64,000 bases of DNA from an uncultured Bacillota bacterium (GTDB lineage Bacteria > Bacillota_I > Bacilli_A > RFN20 > CAG-826). Below the pieces are notes generated by a model. It was not told where the DNA came from and did no database searches. It saw only the letters and a program-made list of their open reading frames with translations. The DNA lies in contig CASEWT010000001.1 in assembly GCA_949291655.1 (NCBI GenBank), forward strand, positions 21,709 to 85,708. The letters run 5' to 3'. The position numbers were made by a program, and so were the translations under genes. Numbering within the stretch: the stretch's first letter is position 1; every line of letters begins with the position of its first letter. Positions 12,513 through 22,005 of the stretch are shown one piece after another.

Positions 12513-13661
12513 TCAACGGGTTCTCATCGGCGTGATGAGTTCCACGATGGAATCGTCGTCGGGATTGCGGACGACGAAAGGCTTCATCTCGGCGGTGAAG
12601 GCAAGGGAAACCTCGCTGCACCCGAGAGCTTTGATGGCTTGCGTCACGAAGAGGGCATTGAAGGCGATGTCGAGGCGGCTGCCCGTGTATTGGACGCCGC
12701 CGAGACGCTCGACGGCCGAGCCGGTCTGGTCGCTATAGGAAGAAACCTCGACGCGTTCCTCGTCCATCGAAAGCTTGACGATCGTCCCGTGGTCGCGGGA
12801 AAGGACCGAAACGCGGTCGATCGCATTGAGGAAGGCCGTCGCGTCAACCGAAAGGAAGTAGTTGAAGTTGGTCGGGACGATCGACCCGTTCACCGGGTAG
12901 TCTTCGTCGAAGACGCGGCTCGATACGAGGGTGGTGCCGAAGGAGAATAGAATACGCTTCGGGGCGACCGCGAGCTCGACTTCGCCGGAACCTTCGAAGA
13001 GGCGCGTGACCTCAACGAGGGTCTTCGAGGGGACGTTGGTCGCAAAGCGAACGCTCGGATCGATGGCCATGGTCTTCCGCGAAAGGCGCGCTGAGTTGGT
13101 CGCGATGGCCGTGAGGGTCCCGGCTTCGGCGGTCAGATTGATGGCAGTCAGGATCGGCCGGGTGTCTTTGTCGAAGGCGGCGAAGGCCGTCTGGTCGCAA
13201 AGCTCGGCCAGGGCCGAGCACGGCACGATGAGGGAAACCCCGTTTTTCTCGTTGTCGAGATCCGGATACTCGTCGGCCGAGATGCAATTGAGCTTCGAAG
13301 AGAAGCTTCCGTCCTCGATTTTGGCAATGCGGTCGTCGATGACTTCAAAGCTGATTTCACTTCCAGCCATCTTCCGAACGACCTCGGTTAGCACGTGGGC
13401 GGATATAAGGGTGGCGCCCGGCTGGGCGTTTCGGATGATTTCGTTGCCGTTGATGGAGGCGGGGACGAGGGTCCAAATCGACATGTCTCCATTGCTGGCC
13501 ACGATGTCAAGCCCGCTCTCGTTGAGTTCGAGCTTGAAGCACATCAATTCCGGCAAAGCGGTTTTGGTCCCGATGGCGTGGCTGGCGATGAGAAGCCCTT
13601 TCAGAAACTGGTCTCTGTCGATTGTGAAGCGCATAAGTGACTCCCTTTCCGTGCTAGGCAC
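12513..13661 (-). CDS. dnaN: DNA polymerase III beta sliding clamp
   Basis: 382 aa, beta-clamp three-domain pattern, directly downstream of dnaA. Confidence 0.93.
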   Translation of the reverse strand: MPSTERESLMRFTIDRDQFLKGLLIASHAIGTKTALPELMCFKLELNESGLDIVASNGDMSIWTLVPASINGNEIIRNAQPGATLISAHVLTEVVRKMAGSEISFEVIDDRIAKIEDGSFSSKLNCISADEYPDLDNEKNGVSLIVPCSALAELCDQTAFAAFDKDTRPILTAINLTAEAGTLTAIATNSARLSRKTMAIDPSVRFATNVPSKTLVEVTRLFEGSGEVELAVAPKRILFSFGTTLVSSRVFDEDYPVNGSIVPTNFNYFLSVDATAFLNAIDRVSVLSRDHGTIVKLSMDEERVEVSSYSDQTGSAVERLGGVQYTGSRLDIAFNALFVTQAIKALGCSEVSLAFTAEMKPFVVRNPDDDSIVELITPMRTR

Positions 13662-13718
13662 ATTTTATTCTTTAACGCCTTGGCGTGGGAGGGCTGGTGC
13701 CCTCGATTACTACATTAC

Positions 13719-13770
13719 GAAGATTTGTTAACTAATAATTATTAGGGCGGTGGAAACGGTGGATAACTTT
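13719..13770. promoter_or_regulatory. dnaA-dnaN intergenic oriC element (incC-like): AT-rich stretch plus DnaA boxes
   Basis: GGTGGAAAC and GGTGGATAA boxes lie next to the AT-rich sequence TTGTTAACTAATAATTATTAG. Firmicutes origins are bipartite and place the unwinding region here. Confidence 0.6.
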
Positions 13771-13848
13771 CGTTTGTTAAGCTATTTTGTTGATTTTTCC
13801 GTCTTCCGCGACGCGTATCGGTTTTAAAATTTCATCAGAGGCCATCAG

Positions 13849-15204
13849 CTATTTCAGTCTTTTATCGAGATCAGATATGGCCTTTTGGAGACCCTTGTCG
13901 GTCTTTAGTGAGTTTCCCACTTTGTTTACACCGTTTATCACCGTGGCATGGTCCTTTCCGCCGAAGATGGAACCGATTCTCCCAAAGGGGAGGTCGAGTT
14001 TGACCCTTATGAGGTACATGGCGATGTGGCGGGCGAGGGCGATTTGGGACGTCCGGATCCGCCCGGTAATTTGATAAGAAGGGAGGTTGTAGTACTCGGC
14101 GACCGTGTCGATTATCCGCTCGGCCGTCAGCGTTCCGAGAGACTCTTTTACGTCGAGAAGCGGCATGACGGCCGACTTGGCGATTTCGATGGTGATTCGC
14201 TCGGTATGGGCCCTTTGGACGGCGAAGAAGAGGAGACGATCGAGGGCTCCCTCGAGTTCACGGACGTTTTTCCGGAAGGTTTTGGCCAAAAACGCGAGGA
14301 CCTCGGGGTCGAAATCACCGACGTCAAGACCGTTGGCCTCTATCCGCATCTTCAGGATCTTTTCGCACGTTTCCTCCTCGGGCTGCTCGATGGAGAGGGG
14401 GAGCCCTTGGATGAAGCGCGACTTGAGCCGTTCGTCGAGGCCGTTCAGTTTGCTGGGGTGCTGGTCGCAAGTTATGACGACCTGCTTTGAGTGTGTGTAA
14501 AAGCTGTTATATATAGAGAAAAAGGTTTCCTCGGTGCTCTTTTTGTTCGCCAAGAACTGGACGTCGTCGACGAGAAGGACGTCGACCGAGTCGCGAAACC
14601 AGTCGACAAGGGAAACCCCTTGCTTGTCGCCCGAAACGAATTTCACGTATTCGTTAAGGAAGTCTTGAGCGTGGACATACAGGACCCGGTACTTCGGGAA
14701 CTTGCTCTTTATCGTGTTTCCGACAGCGTGCAAGAGGTGCGTTTTCCCAAGGCCCGAATTCCCATAAATGAGAACGGGGTTATAAAGCTTGCCGGGGTTT
14801 TGGGAGATGATGAGGGAGGCCTGATAGGCATCGCGGTTGCTTTCCCCGACGACGAAATTCTCGAAAGTGTATTCAGGTTTTATGTAAGAATCGGAAAAGA
14901 AGGCGGGTTTTGCGGGCGTAATTTGCGTACCTTCGGAAATATCGCCCTTGGTTACGTAACGGATGCCGTAGTCGGTTTGGGTGCATTCGGCCAAGGCGTC
15001 CCCCACTTGCTGCCAGTAGTTGGCCGGGATGATTTGGGCGGCCAGCTTGGAGTTGACAACGACGTTGATCGTCTTGCCGTCGATTGAGTATATGTAGGAG
15101 TCTTTGAAAAACGTTTCGTATACTTGCTTGTCAAGCGCTTCATCCAAGCGTTTGAGGACGCGTCCCCAGAGGGCGGTGAGTTCGCTGATCGATGCGGTTT
15201 CCAT
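13849..15204 (-). CDS. dnaA: Chromosomal replication initiator DnaA
   Basis: 451 aa. AAA+ motifs (GNSGLGKTHLLHAVGN) and the C-terminal DNA-binding domain are present. Confidence 0.95.
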   Translation of the reverse strand: METASISELTALWGRVLKRLDEALDKQVYETFFKDSYIYSIDGKTINVVVNSKLAAQIIPANYWQQVGDALAECTQTDYGIRYVTKGDISEGTQITPAKPAFFSDSYIKPEYTFENFVVGESNRDAYQASLIISQNPGKLYNPVLIYGNSGLGKTHLLHAVGNTIKSKFPKYRVLYVHAQDFLNEYVKFVSGDKQGVSLVDWFRDSVDVLLVDDVQFLANKKSTEETFFSIYNSFYTHSKQVVITCDQHPSKLNGLDERLKSRFIQGLPLSIEQPEEETCEKILKMRIEANGLDVGDFDPEVLAFLAKTFRKNVRELEGALDRLLFFAVQRAHTERITIEIAKSAVMPLLDVKESLGTLTAERIIDTVAEYYNLPSYQITGRIRTSQIALARHIAMYLIRVKLDLPFGRIGSIFGGKDHATVINGVNKVGNSLKTDKGLQKAISDLDKRLK

Positions 15205-15242
15205 ATGCTGTGAACGGCTTAAAGTTTAGCCAAAGAAGATGG

Positions 15243-15602
15243 TTGTGGAAGGTTTTCCACCAAAAGAGTTATGTTTTCCACCGAACCATCTGTGGGAAAC
15301 CTCGAAAACATCGGCAAAAGAAGTTTTCCACATCTTTTTGAATGTGGATAAATGGTGGAAAACTTTTGTGGATAACTATGATGGTGGAAAACTATAAAAT
15401 TTATGGCGTTTTCCACCATCAATCTAATAGCAAAACATTAGCGGCTGCCGCAACAATTTAATTTTCTCCACCAAGTTGTGGAAAACGTATCCACCGCGGC
15501 GTGAAGAACTTTTTCTTGACTTGCGATGCACTTCCTACTTCGGTAGTTTTCCACATTTTCGGTGAAAAAGCGCCCTAAGGGCGCGGTTATATGTGGAAAA
15601 CT
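15243..15602. promoter_or_regulatory. oriC DnaA-box cluster upstream of dnaA (incA/B-like)
   Basis: At least 12 DnaA boxes in both orientations. Two are perfect TGTGGATAA boxes (about 15343 and 15367) and there are many TTTTCCACA/TTTTCCACC variants. AT-rich stretches lie at 15395-15470 and 15600-15700. Confidence 0.85.
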
Positions 15603-15701
15603 CGCCATATGAAACAAGAAAAGCGAAAAAATGTGAAATTTCCAGTCATTGTTTTCAAAAATGTTGATAAGTCGCTCATGCGCGTGTGGGCGCGATTTTT
15701 G

Positions 15702-15730
15702 TTGTTACGGGTTTAGCGAGCCGGTATAAT
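15702..15730 (+). promoter_or_regulatory. Sigma-A type promoter for the rpmH-rnpA operon
   Basis: TTGTTA, a 17-nt spacer, then TATAAT. A GGAGG RBS follows, about 8 nt before the rpmH ATG. Confidence 0.6.
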
Positions 15731-15762
15731 CGCGCTGCACGCAAATTTCGGAGGTAATAAAC

Positions 15763-15897
15763 ATGAAGAAAACGTATCAGCCTTCCAAGGTTAAGCACCG
15801 GAACGTTGCCGGCTTCCGCGCCAGGATGGCGACCCACAACGGCCGCAAGGTCCTTGCTCGCCGCCGCCTCAAGGGCCGGGCCCGCATCGCGGCCTAA
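15763..15897 (+). CDS. rpmH: 50S ribosomal protein L34
   Basis: 44 aa, [44 protein letters not shown]. Below the length cutoff of the ORF track. Canonical position upstream of rnpA. Confidence 0.92.
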   Translation: MKKTYQPSKVKHRNVAGFRARMATHNGRKVLARRRLKGRARIAA

Positions 15898-15906
15898 GCT
15901 TTCCGC

Positions 15907-16242
15907 TTGATGAAAAAAGGCAACCGGATTCTCGCCCACGAAGAGTTCCTCGAGGTGGAAAAAAGCCCGACCTCGCTAAGGACCAGCGACTTCATTCTCT
16001 TCAAGCGGAAGTCCTCCCTAGATAAACTGAGGGTGGGAATCTCGGTTTCCAAAAAGAACGGGAACGCGGTTCGCCGGAACTTGATCAAACGCCAGGTCCG
16101 GTGCATGCTCGACGCCTTCCTCGACACGAGGGAGGCGGCCGATCTCGTCGTCATCGTCAGGAAGAACTACGACCCCGAGAAGTTCCACGAGAACAAGGAA
16201 GAACTCGGGAAGGCCCTGGCTGCACTTGGAGATACACTTTGA
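15907..16242 (+). CDS. rnpA: Ribonuclease P protein component
   Basis: 111 aa, basic RnpA fold, directly downstream of rpmH. Confidence 0.9.
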   Translation: MMKKGNRILAHEEFLEVEKSPTSLRTSDFILFKRKSSLDKLRVGISVSKKNGNAVRRNLIKRQVRCMLDAFLDTREAADLVVIVRKNYDPEKFHENKEELGKALAALGDTL

Positions 16243-17843
16243 ACAAATCAGCAAAAATAAAACTGCTCGCTGCCTTAGGATTGTTCGGCGGTGCGCTTGT
16301 CCTCTCTAGCTGCACGGCTTCTTTTTGCTCTAATCGCGATGCCGCTTCGATTGCCTATGCCTATGAACAGGGCGTCACGGTTTATTGCGACAAGGACGAA
16401 GTGCCGGAAGACTACCAAGGGGATGGGCTTTCCTGGCCTGTTTATCCGGAAGAGGGGAACGACAGCCTCTACGCCTACATCCCAGTCAATGCCGACGGCA
16501 CCTACGCTGCCGCCTCGGCAACCTACCTGAACACAAACATCATCGCCGGCGCGGCGAGCAATTCCTATGCCATTCCGACGTTAGACTTCTGGAAAGAACT
16601 CGACAAGAAGGTGCTCGACAAAGCTATCGAGACCGCTCAGGAGAGCGGATCTGATCTCTTTGCCGGGCTAAGCAAGGCCACCGTTACGGCTGAGCAAATC
16701 AACCCCTATGTCGATCCGAATCCGACCGCCGCCGATGCGGAGCAGAACCCCGATTCGATTCTCCGGCTCTTTGGCTATGTGAAGTTCTATGGCGACAACG
16801 ACACCACCTGGGCCTACTTCGACGCTTGGGTCGAGGAAATCGACAAATCGCTAGGGATCGCGGCTTCGGCCAGCGACGACTTCCTTTCTTACTACAAAAC
16901 ACAAGTCAACACGACGGTAAACGCCAACCGCAGCTGCATTGCCACGGTGCCGAATAGCACCATCAACGACTCCTACGGCCATTATGGTCCCAACGGCAAT
17001 TGGGAAGTCTCGATGACGATCAAAGATTGGGGGTACGCTTGGGGCAAAGGCCCATTTGAAGGCCTCATCGTCTACCCGGTGGCTTGGCTCGTCGACACCT
17101 TCGCGGTCGGCATCGAGCCCGCCCTTACTGGCATTGGGCAGATCGTTTCGATCATCCTTGTAACCTTCGTTGTTCGGGCTGTCGTCCAACTCGTCACTTT
17201 GAAAAGCGCCCTCGACCAGCAGCGGACGCAGGCTCTGCAGCCGCAAATTGCCAAGCTTCAGGCCAAGTATCCGAACTCCAACACCAACAAAGCCGAACAG
17301 CAGCGCCTTTCACAGGAGCAGATGATGCTCTACAAGCGGAACCACATCAATCCGCTTTCGATGCTTTTGGTTCTCGTCTTCCAGTTCCCCATCTTCATTT
17401 GCGTCTGGGGCGCCCTCCAAGGCAGCGCCGTCCTTACCTCGGGCGAGGTTCTCGGGGTTCAGCTTTCGTCTCCGATTTCCTCGATTCTCTTCGACTTCTC
17501 GGGCGAATGGTACCTGAATAGCAATGGATGGTGGACGGCCCTCGTCCTCTTCCTTATCATGGCGGTTCTCCAGTTCCTCGCCATGATGCTCCCGCAATGG
17601 ATTACCAAGCGTCGGAACCGTAAGCTCCAGAAGCTAAGCGCCAATCCGGCGGCCGACAAGAACGCCAAGACGATGAAATGGGTTAACATCATCATGCTCG
17701 TCGTCACCGTCGTCATGGGCTTCTCCCTCCCGGCGGCCATGGGCGTCTATTGGGCCATCGGCGCCCTCATCTCGATGCTCCAAACGGCTATCACCCAGTA
17801 TTTCATGGGGAAGAAAATGGCAAAGCAGAAGAAAGGAATCTAG
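16239..17843 (+). CDS. yidC: Membrane protein insertase YidC/SpoIIIJ, lipoprotein type, with a large extracytoplasmic domain
   Basis: TTG start overlapping the rnpA TGA (TTGA), with GGAG 7 nt upstream. Lipoprotein signal MNKSAKIKLLAALGLFGGALVLSSC. About 270 aa of extracellular sequence precede the conserved 60 kDa insertase core (5 TMs) and a basic C-tail. Confidence 0.88.
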   Translation: MNKSAKIKLLAALGLFGGALVLSSCTASFCSNRDAASIAYAYEQGVTVYCDKDEVPEDYQGDGLSWPVYPEEGNDSLYAYIPVNADGTYAAASATYLNTNIIAGAASNSYAIPTLDFWKELDKKVLDKAIETAQESGSDLFAGLSKATVTAEQINPYVDPNPTAADAEQNPDSILRLFGYVKFYGDNDTTWAYFDAWVEEIDKSLGIAASASDDFLSYYKTQVNTTVNANRSCIATVPNSTINDSYGHYGPNGNWEVSMTIKDWGYAWGKGPFEGLIVYPVAWLVDTFAVGIEPALTGIGQIVSIILVTFVVRAVVQLVTLKSALDQQRTQALQPQIAKLQAKYPNSNTNKAEQQRLSQEQMMLYKRNHINPLSMLLVLVFQFPIFICVWGALQGSAVLTSGEVLGVQLSSPISSILFDFSGEWYLNSNGWWTALVLFLIMAVLQFLAMMLPQWITKRRNRKLQKLSANPAADKNAKTMKWVNIIMLVVTVVMGFSLPAAMGVYWAIGALISMLQTAITQYFMGKKMAKQKKGI

Positions 17844-17846
17844 GCT

Positions 17847-18446
17847 ATGAAGCAATTCACCAACAAGACGGTCGATGCCTGCCTCGAGGACGCAGCCATC
17901 GCTCTCGGGCTCGAGGTCAAGGAACTCTCCTACAAGGTTATCGAGGAGAAGAGCGGCCTCTTCTCCAAGAAAGCGACGATCGAGGTTTACACCATCGACG
18001 ACGCGGTCGATTATGCCCAAGAGTACCTTAGGGAAGCGATCGGCGCCCTCGGAATCGAGGTTTCGACCAGCGCCGATGTCGAGGAAGACGTCATCCGCAT
18101 TTCGCTCGATAGCGAGCGGAACCCGGTCCTCATCGGAAAGGGCGGAAGGACTCTCCAAGCCCTGAACGAGCTGGTCCGCCTTGCTGTCAGTAACAAGTTC
18201 CGTCACCGCTATCGGATCCTTCTTGATGTCGGCGGATACAAGGAAGACAAGTACGAGCGGATCGAACGGATTGCCCGTCGGACCGCCCGCGACGTCGTCC
18301 GCGACCGGATGGATGCCAAGCTCGAGCCGATGACTCCCGACGAGAGAAGGATCGTGCACAACTGCCTCACCGGCATGGAGCACATCACGACCGAAAGCGA
18401 AGGCGAAGGAACCGAACGCGCGGTCGTCATCAAATACGTCGACTAA
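17847..18446 (+). CDS. jag: Jag/KhpB RNA-binding protein (KH and R3H domains)
   Basis: 199 aa. Jag N-domain, KH and R3H domains. Follows yidC as in most bacteria. Confidence 0.85.
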   Translation: MKQFTNKTVDACLEDAAIALGLEVKELSYKVIEEKSGLFSKKATIEVYTIDDAVDYAQEYLREAIGALGIEVSTSADVEEDVIRISLDSERNPVLIGKGGRTLQALNELVRLAVSNKFRHRYRILLDVGGYKEDKYERIERIARRTARDVVRDRMDAKLEPMTPDERRIVHNCLTGMEHITTESEGEGTERAVVIKYVD

Positions 18447-18451
18447 GAAAT

Positions 18452-18477
18452 CCCGGCCCTCAGGCCGGTTTCTTTTA
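18452..18477 (+). terminator. Rho-independent terminator after jag
   Basis: CCGGCC CTCA GGCCGG followed by a T-run. Confidence 0.6.
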
Positions 18478-18540
18478 GATTTTTTGCAAAGAAATGCGAG
18501 AAACATATATCATTAGAAGGATTTTATAAGGAGCAAGCGT

Positions 18541-19884
18541 ATGAAAAAGTCGCGCACCGTGGCCTCTTTGGTCTTAAACATCTTGGCTCTTGTGCCACTT
18601 GCCTTCACTTTCTTCAGCCTCGTTCTCGCGAACCTTCAGCTCGATTGGGTTGAGGCCTTCTGGCCGGGCTTCCAGGTTCTCGGCCAGAGGCGTTACCTCC
18701 TCTATCTGTTGATTTATGTTGCTAACGGCTTCCTTGGCCTTGCGGTTCTTGGCCGCATCGTCCTCGACATCTGCCGGTTGGCGAAACCGACCATCCAAGG
18801 GAGGTTCTGGGCTTTCTTTAAAGACGCTTCGACGGTCTCGGTCCTTGCAGGCGTGATCTTCACCATCGCAATGGACCTTTGCTACGACTCCCCGCTCGCC
18901 AACCTCGCTTGGGATAACCCCCTCAACAATGTCTGGATGATCATGGGCTTTGCCCCATTCTTTGCCCTTATATCTGGCCTCTTCACCGAATTTGACCACA
19001 AAACCCCCTTCCTTATTACCGTTTTGCTTCCTTTCCCGGTTTACATCTGGGTCATCATGAATGCCATTTTCGGAGCTCTCGGCTGGGGTGGGAACCTCGG
19101 CTACCACGGCTATGAAATCTTTGACCCGGCCGTTACTCCGATCTGGCAGACCGCCCTTATCTCGGTGGCGATTGCCGCCGGCGCGTATCTACTTGGCGTT
19201 GTTTATTGGCTCATTCAGGCCGGGCTTCGCAAAGCTACCGAGCCGAAGCCTACGCTTACTGTCGAAGAAGTAAAGGGGGAAGAGGCACCGGCCGAAGCCC
19301 CGGTTGAAGAAGAAACCTCCGCGGAAGAGGCCCCGGCTCCGGCGACGGCCGCCGACGAAGAACCTCCGGTTCCCGAGGAAACCCCGACTTCGGTTGAGGC
19401 TCCAGTCGAGGAAGAGGCCCCGGCCCAGGCTAAACCCCGCGTCATCCTCGTGAAGAAAGCCCCGAAAGAACTAGCCGACGCTTACCGGGAAGAGCCTTTG
19501 CCCCGCCGGCCAGCGACCATCGTAAGCATCCGTTCGGCAAGGAATCCGAGCACCGGAACGATGGCCCCGGCCAAAGACGACGCGACCGCGGTTCCCGAGG
19601 AAGGAAAGGAAGTCGAAGCTGTCGAAAAAGCCGCGCCAGCTACGCCCGATGCCCCCGCAACTCCGAAAAAGGACATCGCGACGTACAATAACCGGCCCCG
19701 TGTCTACCACGTGTCGAAGCAAGCCGACAGCGGCAAATGGCAAGTGAAGCTTGCCACCGGCGTCAAGGCCATTCGCCTCTTCGACACCCAAGAAGAAGCA
19801 ATCGTCTATGCCAAAGGTCTTGTTAAGACGATGGGCGGGTCGATTCGCGTGCATTCCGTGAAAGGAAAGATGCGCAAGCACTGA
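18541..19884 (+). CDS. Membrane protein: N-terminal multi-TM domain, acidic Pro/Glu/Ala-rich linker, small C-terminal domain that resembles DUF2188
   Basis: Four to six predicted TMs in the N-terminal 230 aa. Low-complexity linker EEAPAEAPVEEE...PATPKKD. C-terminal approximately 60 aa: YHVSKQADSGKWQVKLATGVKAIRLFDTQEEAIVYAKGLV...GSIRVHSVKGKMRK. AAGGAG RBS. Translationally adjacent to mnmE. Confidence 0.6.
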   Translation: MKKSRTVASLVLNILALVPLAFTFFSLVLANLQLDWVEAFWPGFQVLGQRRYLLYLLIYVANGFLGLAVLGRIVLDICRLAKPTIQGRFWAFFKDASTVSVLAGVIFTIAMDLCYDSPLANLAWDNPLNNVWMIMGFAPFFALISGLFTEFDHKTPFLITVLLPFPVYIWVIMNAIFGALGWGGNLGYHGYEIFDPAVTPIWQTALISVAIAAGAYLLGVVYWLIQAGLRKATEPKPTLTVEEVKGEEAPAEAPVEEETSAEEAPAPATAADEEPPVPEETPTSVEAPVEEEAPAQAKPRVILVKKAPKELADAYREEPLPRRPATIVSIRSARNPSTGTMAPAKDDATAVPEEGKEVEAVEKAAPATPDAPATPKKDIATYNNRPRVYHVSKQADSGKWQVKLATGVKAIRLFDTQEEAIVYAKGLVKTMGGSIRVHSVKGKMRKH

Positions 19885-19889
19885 TTCCG

Positions 19890-21227
19890 ATGGGCGATAT
19901 CATCGTAGCCCTTGCCACTCCTCCTTTGAAAAGCGCCCTCGCCGTGATCCGTTCCTCAGGCGAGGGCGTTTTCCGCTTGACGGAAAAGTTGTTCTCCAAA
20001 AAGCTCGGTTTAATCGAAGAGCGTTCCTCCTTTGTTGGGTATTGGTCCAACGAGAAAGGAGAACGCATCGACCAGGTTGTTATCCTTTGCTATCCGGCCG
20101 AGCATTCCTTGACCGGCGAGGACGCCTTAGAGATTTTTTGCCACGGCTCCCCCCTTATCGCGACGCGGATCATCGATAGTTGTCTAGCCTTGGGTGCTCG
20201 TTACGCGACCAACGGGGAGTTTACTTCTCGGGCCTTTCTTCACGGGAAGATCGACCTTGTCGAAGCCGAAGCCGTGAATGACTTGATTGAAGCTGCCAGC
20301 GACGAAGCTCAGAAACTGGCTCTTATGTCCCTAGAAGGGAAGGCTAGCGCCATTCTTAAGCCCCTTCGCGACCGCTTGGCTTCGCTTCTTGCTTCCGTCG
20401 AGGTCGGCTTCGATTATCCCGAGTACGAGGAGGAGACAGCGCTGAGTCTCGAAAAGGCCGAAGCCGAGGCTTCCTCGATCAAGGGAGAGATTGATTCCCT
20501 GATCGCGGAAGGACAGGAAGGGCGCCTTGTCAAAGACGGCCTTAAAGTCGCCCTCGTCGGCAAGCCCAACGTCGGGAAGAGCACCATTTTGAATCTCCTT
20601 CTTGGCGAGGAGAAAGCCATCGTGAGCCCCATACCCGGCACGACGCGGGACGTCGTCGAAGGCGAAGCGCGTTACAAAGGGTTGGTCTTCCGTTTTCTGG
20701 ATACGGCCGGCCTTCGCGACAATCCGGAGGAAATTGAAAGAATCGGCATCGAGAAATCGCTGGCCTCCGTCGATAAGGCGGACGCCGTCGTCCTCGTCCT
20801 TGACGAAGACCGGCCTCTCGACGAGGAAGAGAAGGACATCGAAAGGAAGGCTCGCGGCAAGATCTTCCTCGTGGTTGTCAACAAAGAAGATCTCCGGGAA
20901 GGAAAAAGCCGCCTTGAAGCCAAGAGAATCTATCTGTCGGCCGCCCGGAGGGAAAAAGCCCAGCTCTTGGATGCCTTGGCCAAGGAAGCCGGGGTAAGCG
21001 CCGGCGCCTCCGCCCGGCCTTCCCTCAATTCCTCGCGTCAGCTTTCCCTTCTTGCGAAAGCTTCCCGTAGCCTCGGCGAAGCGCTCGAAAACGCCAAAGA
21101 GGACACGCTCGACCTCTTCTCAAGCGCCGTCTTGGGGGCTTACACGGCTCTGAGGAAACTTCTCGGCGAAGAGGCTACACTAGACTTGAGCGACGAGATT
21201 TTCTCCCGCTTCTGCGTAGGTAAATGA
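19890..21227 (+). CDS. mnmE: tRNA modification GTPase MnmE
   Basis: 445 aa. G-domain motifs (GKPNVGKST, DTAG) and the C-terminal CVGK motif are present. Confidence 0.92.
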   Translation: MGDIIVALATPPLKSALAVIRSSGEGVFRLTEKLFSKKLGLIEERSSFVGYWSNEKGERIDQVVILCYPAEHSLTGEDALEIFCHGSPLIATRIIDSCLALGARYATNGEFTSRAFLHGKIDLVEAEAVNDLIEAASDEAQKLALMSLEGKASAILKPLRDRLASLLASVEVGFDYPEYEEETALSLEKAEAEASSIKGEIDSLIAEGQEGRLVKDGLKVALVGKPNVGKSTILNLLLGEEKAIVSPIPGTTRDVVEGEARYKGLVFRFLDTAGLRDNPEEIERIGIEKSLASVDKADAVVLVLDEDRPLDEEEKDIERKARGKIFLVVVNKEDLREGKSRLEAKRIYLSAARREKAQLLDALAKEAGVSAGASARPSLNSSRQLSLLAKASRSLGEALENAKEDTLDLFSSAVLGAYTALRKLLGEEATLDLSDEIFSRFCVGK

Positions 21228-21228
21228 C

Positions 21229-22005
21229 ATGCTTATCGATACTCACGTCCACCTGAACGACGATGCCTTCAAGGACGACGTCGAAGAAGTCATTCGACGT
21301 GGCCTTGCCTCCGGCGTTGAGCGTTTTATCGTTCCTGGTTGGGACCTTCCGAGCTCCTATCGGGCCCAGGAACTCAGCCACCGGTACAGGGAAGTCTATT
21401 TCATGGCCGGCTTTCAGCCCGAAAACCTTGATGGGGCGACGATGGCTGACCTCAACCGCATCGCCGAGTTGACCGACGACCCGAAATGCGTCGCTGTCGG
21501 CGAATGCGGTCTCGACTACCATTGGAAGAATGACGAGGATACCAAAACGATCCAAAAAGCCTTTTTCTTGGCTCAAATCGAATTGGCGAATCGCGTCGGA
21601 AAGCCGATGTCGATCCACTCGCGCGACGCGCTGGAGGACACCTTTGACCTCCTTAGCGCCGTCCCGGTGGAGGCCGGTGCCGTCCTTCATTGCTATAGCG
21701 GATCGGCCGAAATGCTGGCCCGGTTTGCCAAGCTGGGTCTTTACTTCGGCTTTGACGGGCCGATTACCTTCAAGAACGCCATTAAGCCAAAGGAAGCCTT
21801 GGCTGCCTGCCCTCTCGATCGCCTCCTTTTGGAGACCGATGCCCCCTATATGGCTCCGACGCCGATGAGGGGCAAGCGCAACGAGCCGGCTTACCTCCGT
21901 TACGTGGCGGAAATGGCAGCCGAAATCAAAAAACTTCCCTTTAGGGAAGTCGAGGAAAAAACGACCGCCAACGCCATCGAACTATTTCACGTGAAACATG
22001 AATAA
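21229..22005 (+). CDS. tatD: TatD-family metal-dependent DNase/hydrolase
   Basis: 258 aa, MLIDTHVHLND...ECGLDY...LETDAPYM. Confidence 0.88.
   Translation: MLIDTHVHLNDDAFKDDVEEVIRRGLASGVERFIVPGWDLPSSYRAQELSHRYREVYFMAGFQPENLDGATMADLNRIAELTDDPKCVAVGECGLDYHWKNDEDTKTIQKAFFLAQIELANRVGKPMSIHSRDALEDTFDLLSAVPVEAGAVLHCYSGSAEMLARFAKLGLYFGFDGPITFKNAIKPKEALAACPLDRLLLETDAPYMAPTPMRGKRNEPAYLRYVAEMAAEIKKLPFREVEEKTTANAIELFHVKHE

Noticed and set aside
15205-15762. Repeated TTTTCCACA / TGTGGATAA 9-mers. Considered as a CRISPR-like or other direct-repeat array.
   Set aside because: Spacing is irregular and orientation is mixed. The motif is the DnaA box and the location is the dnaA upstream region, so this is oriC.
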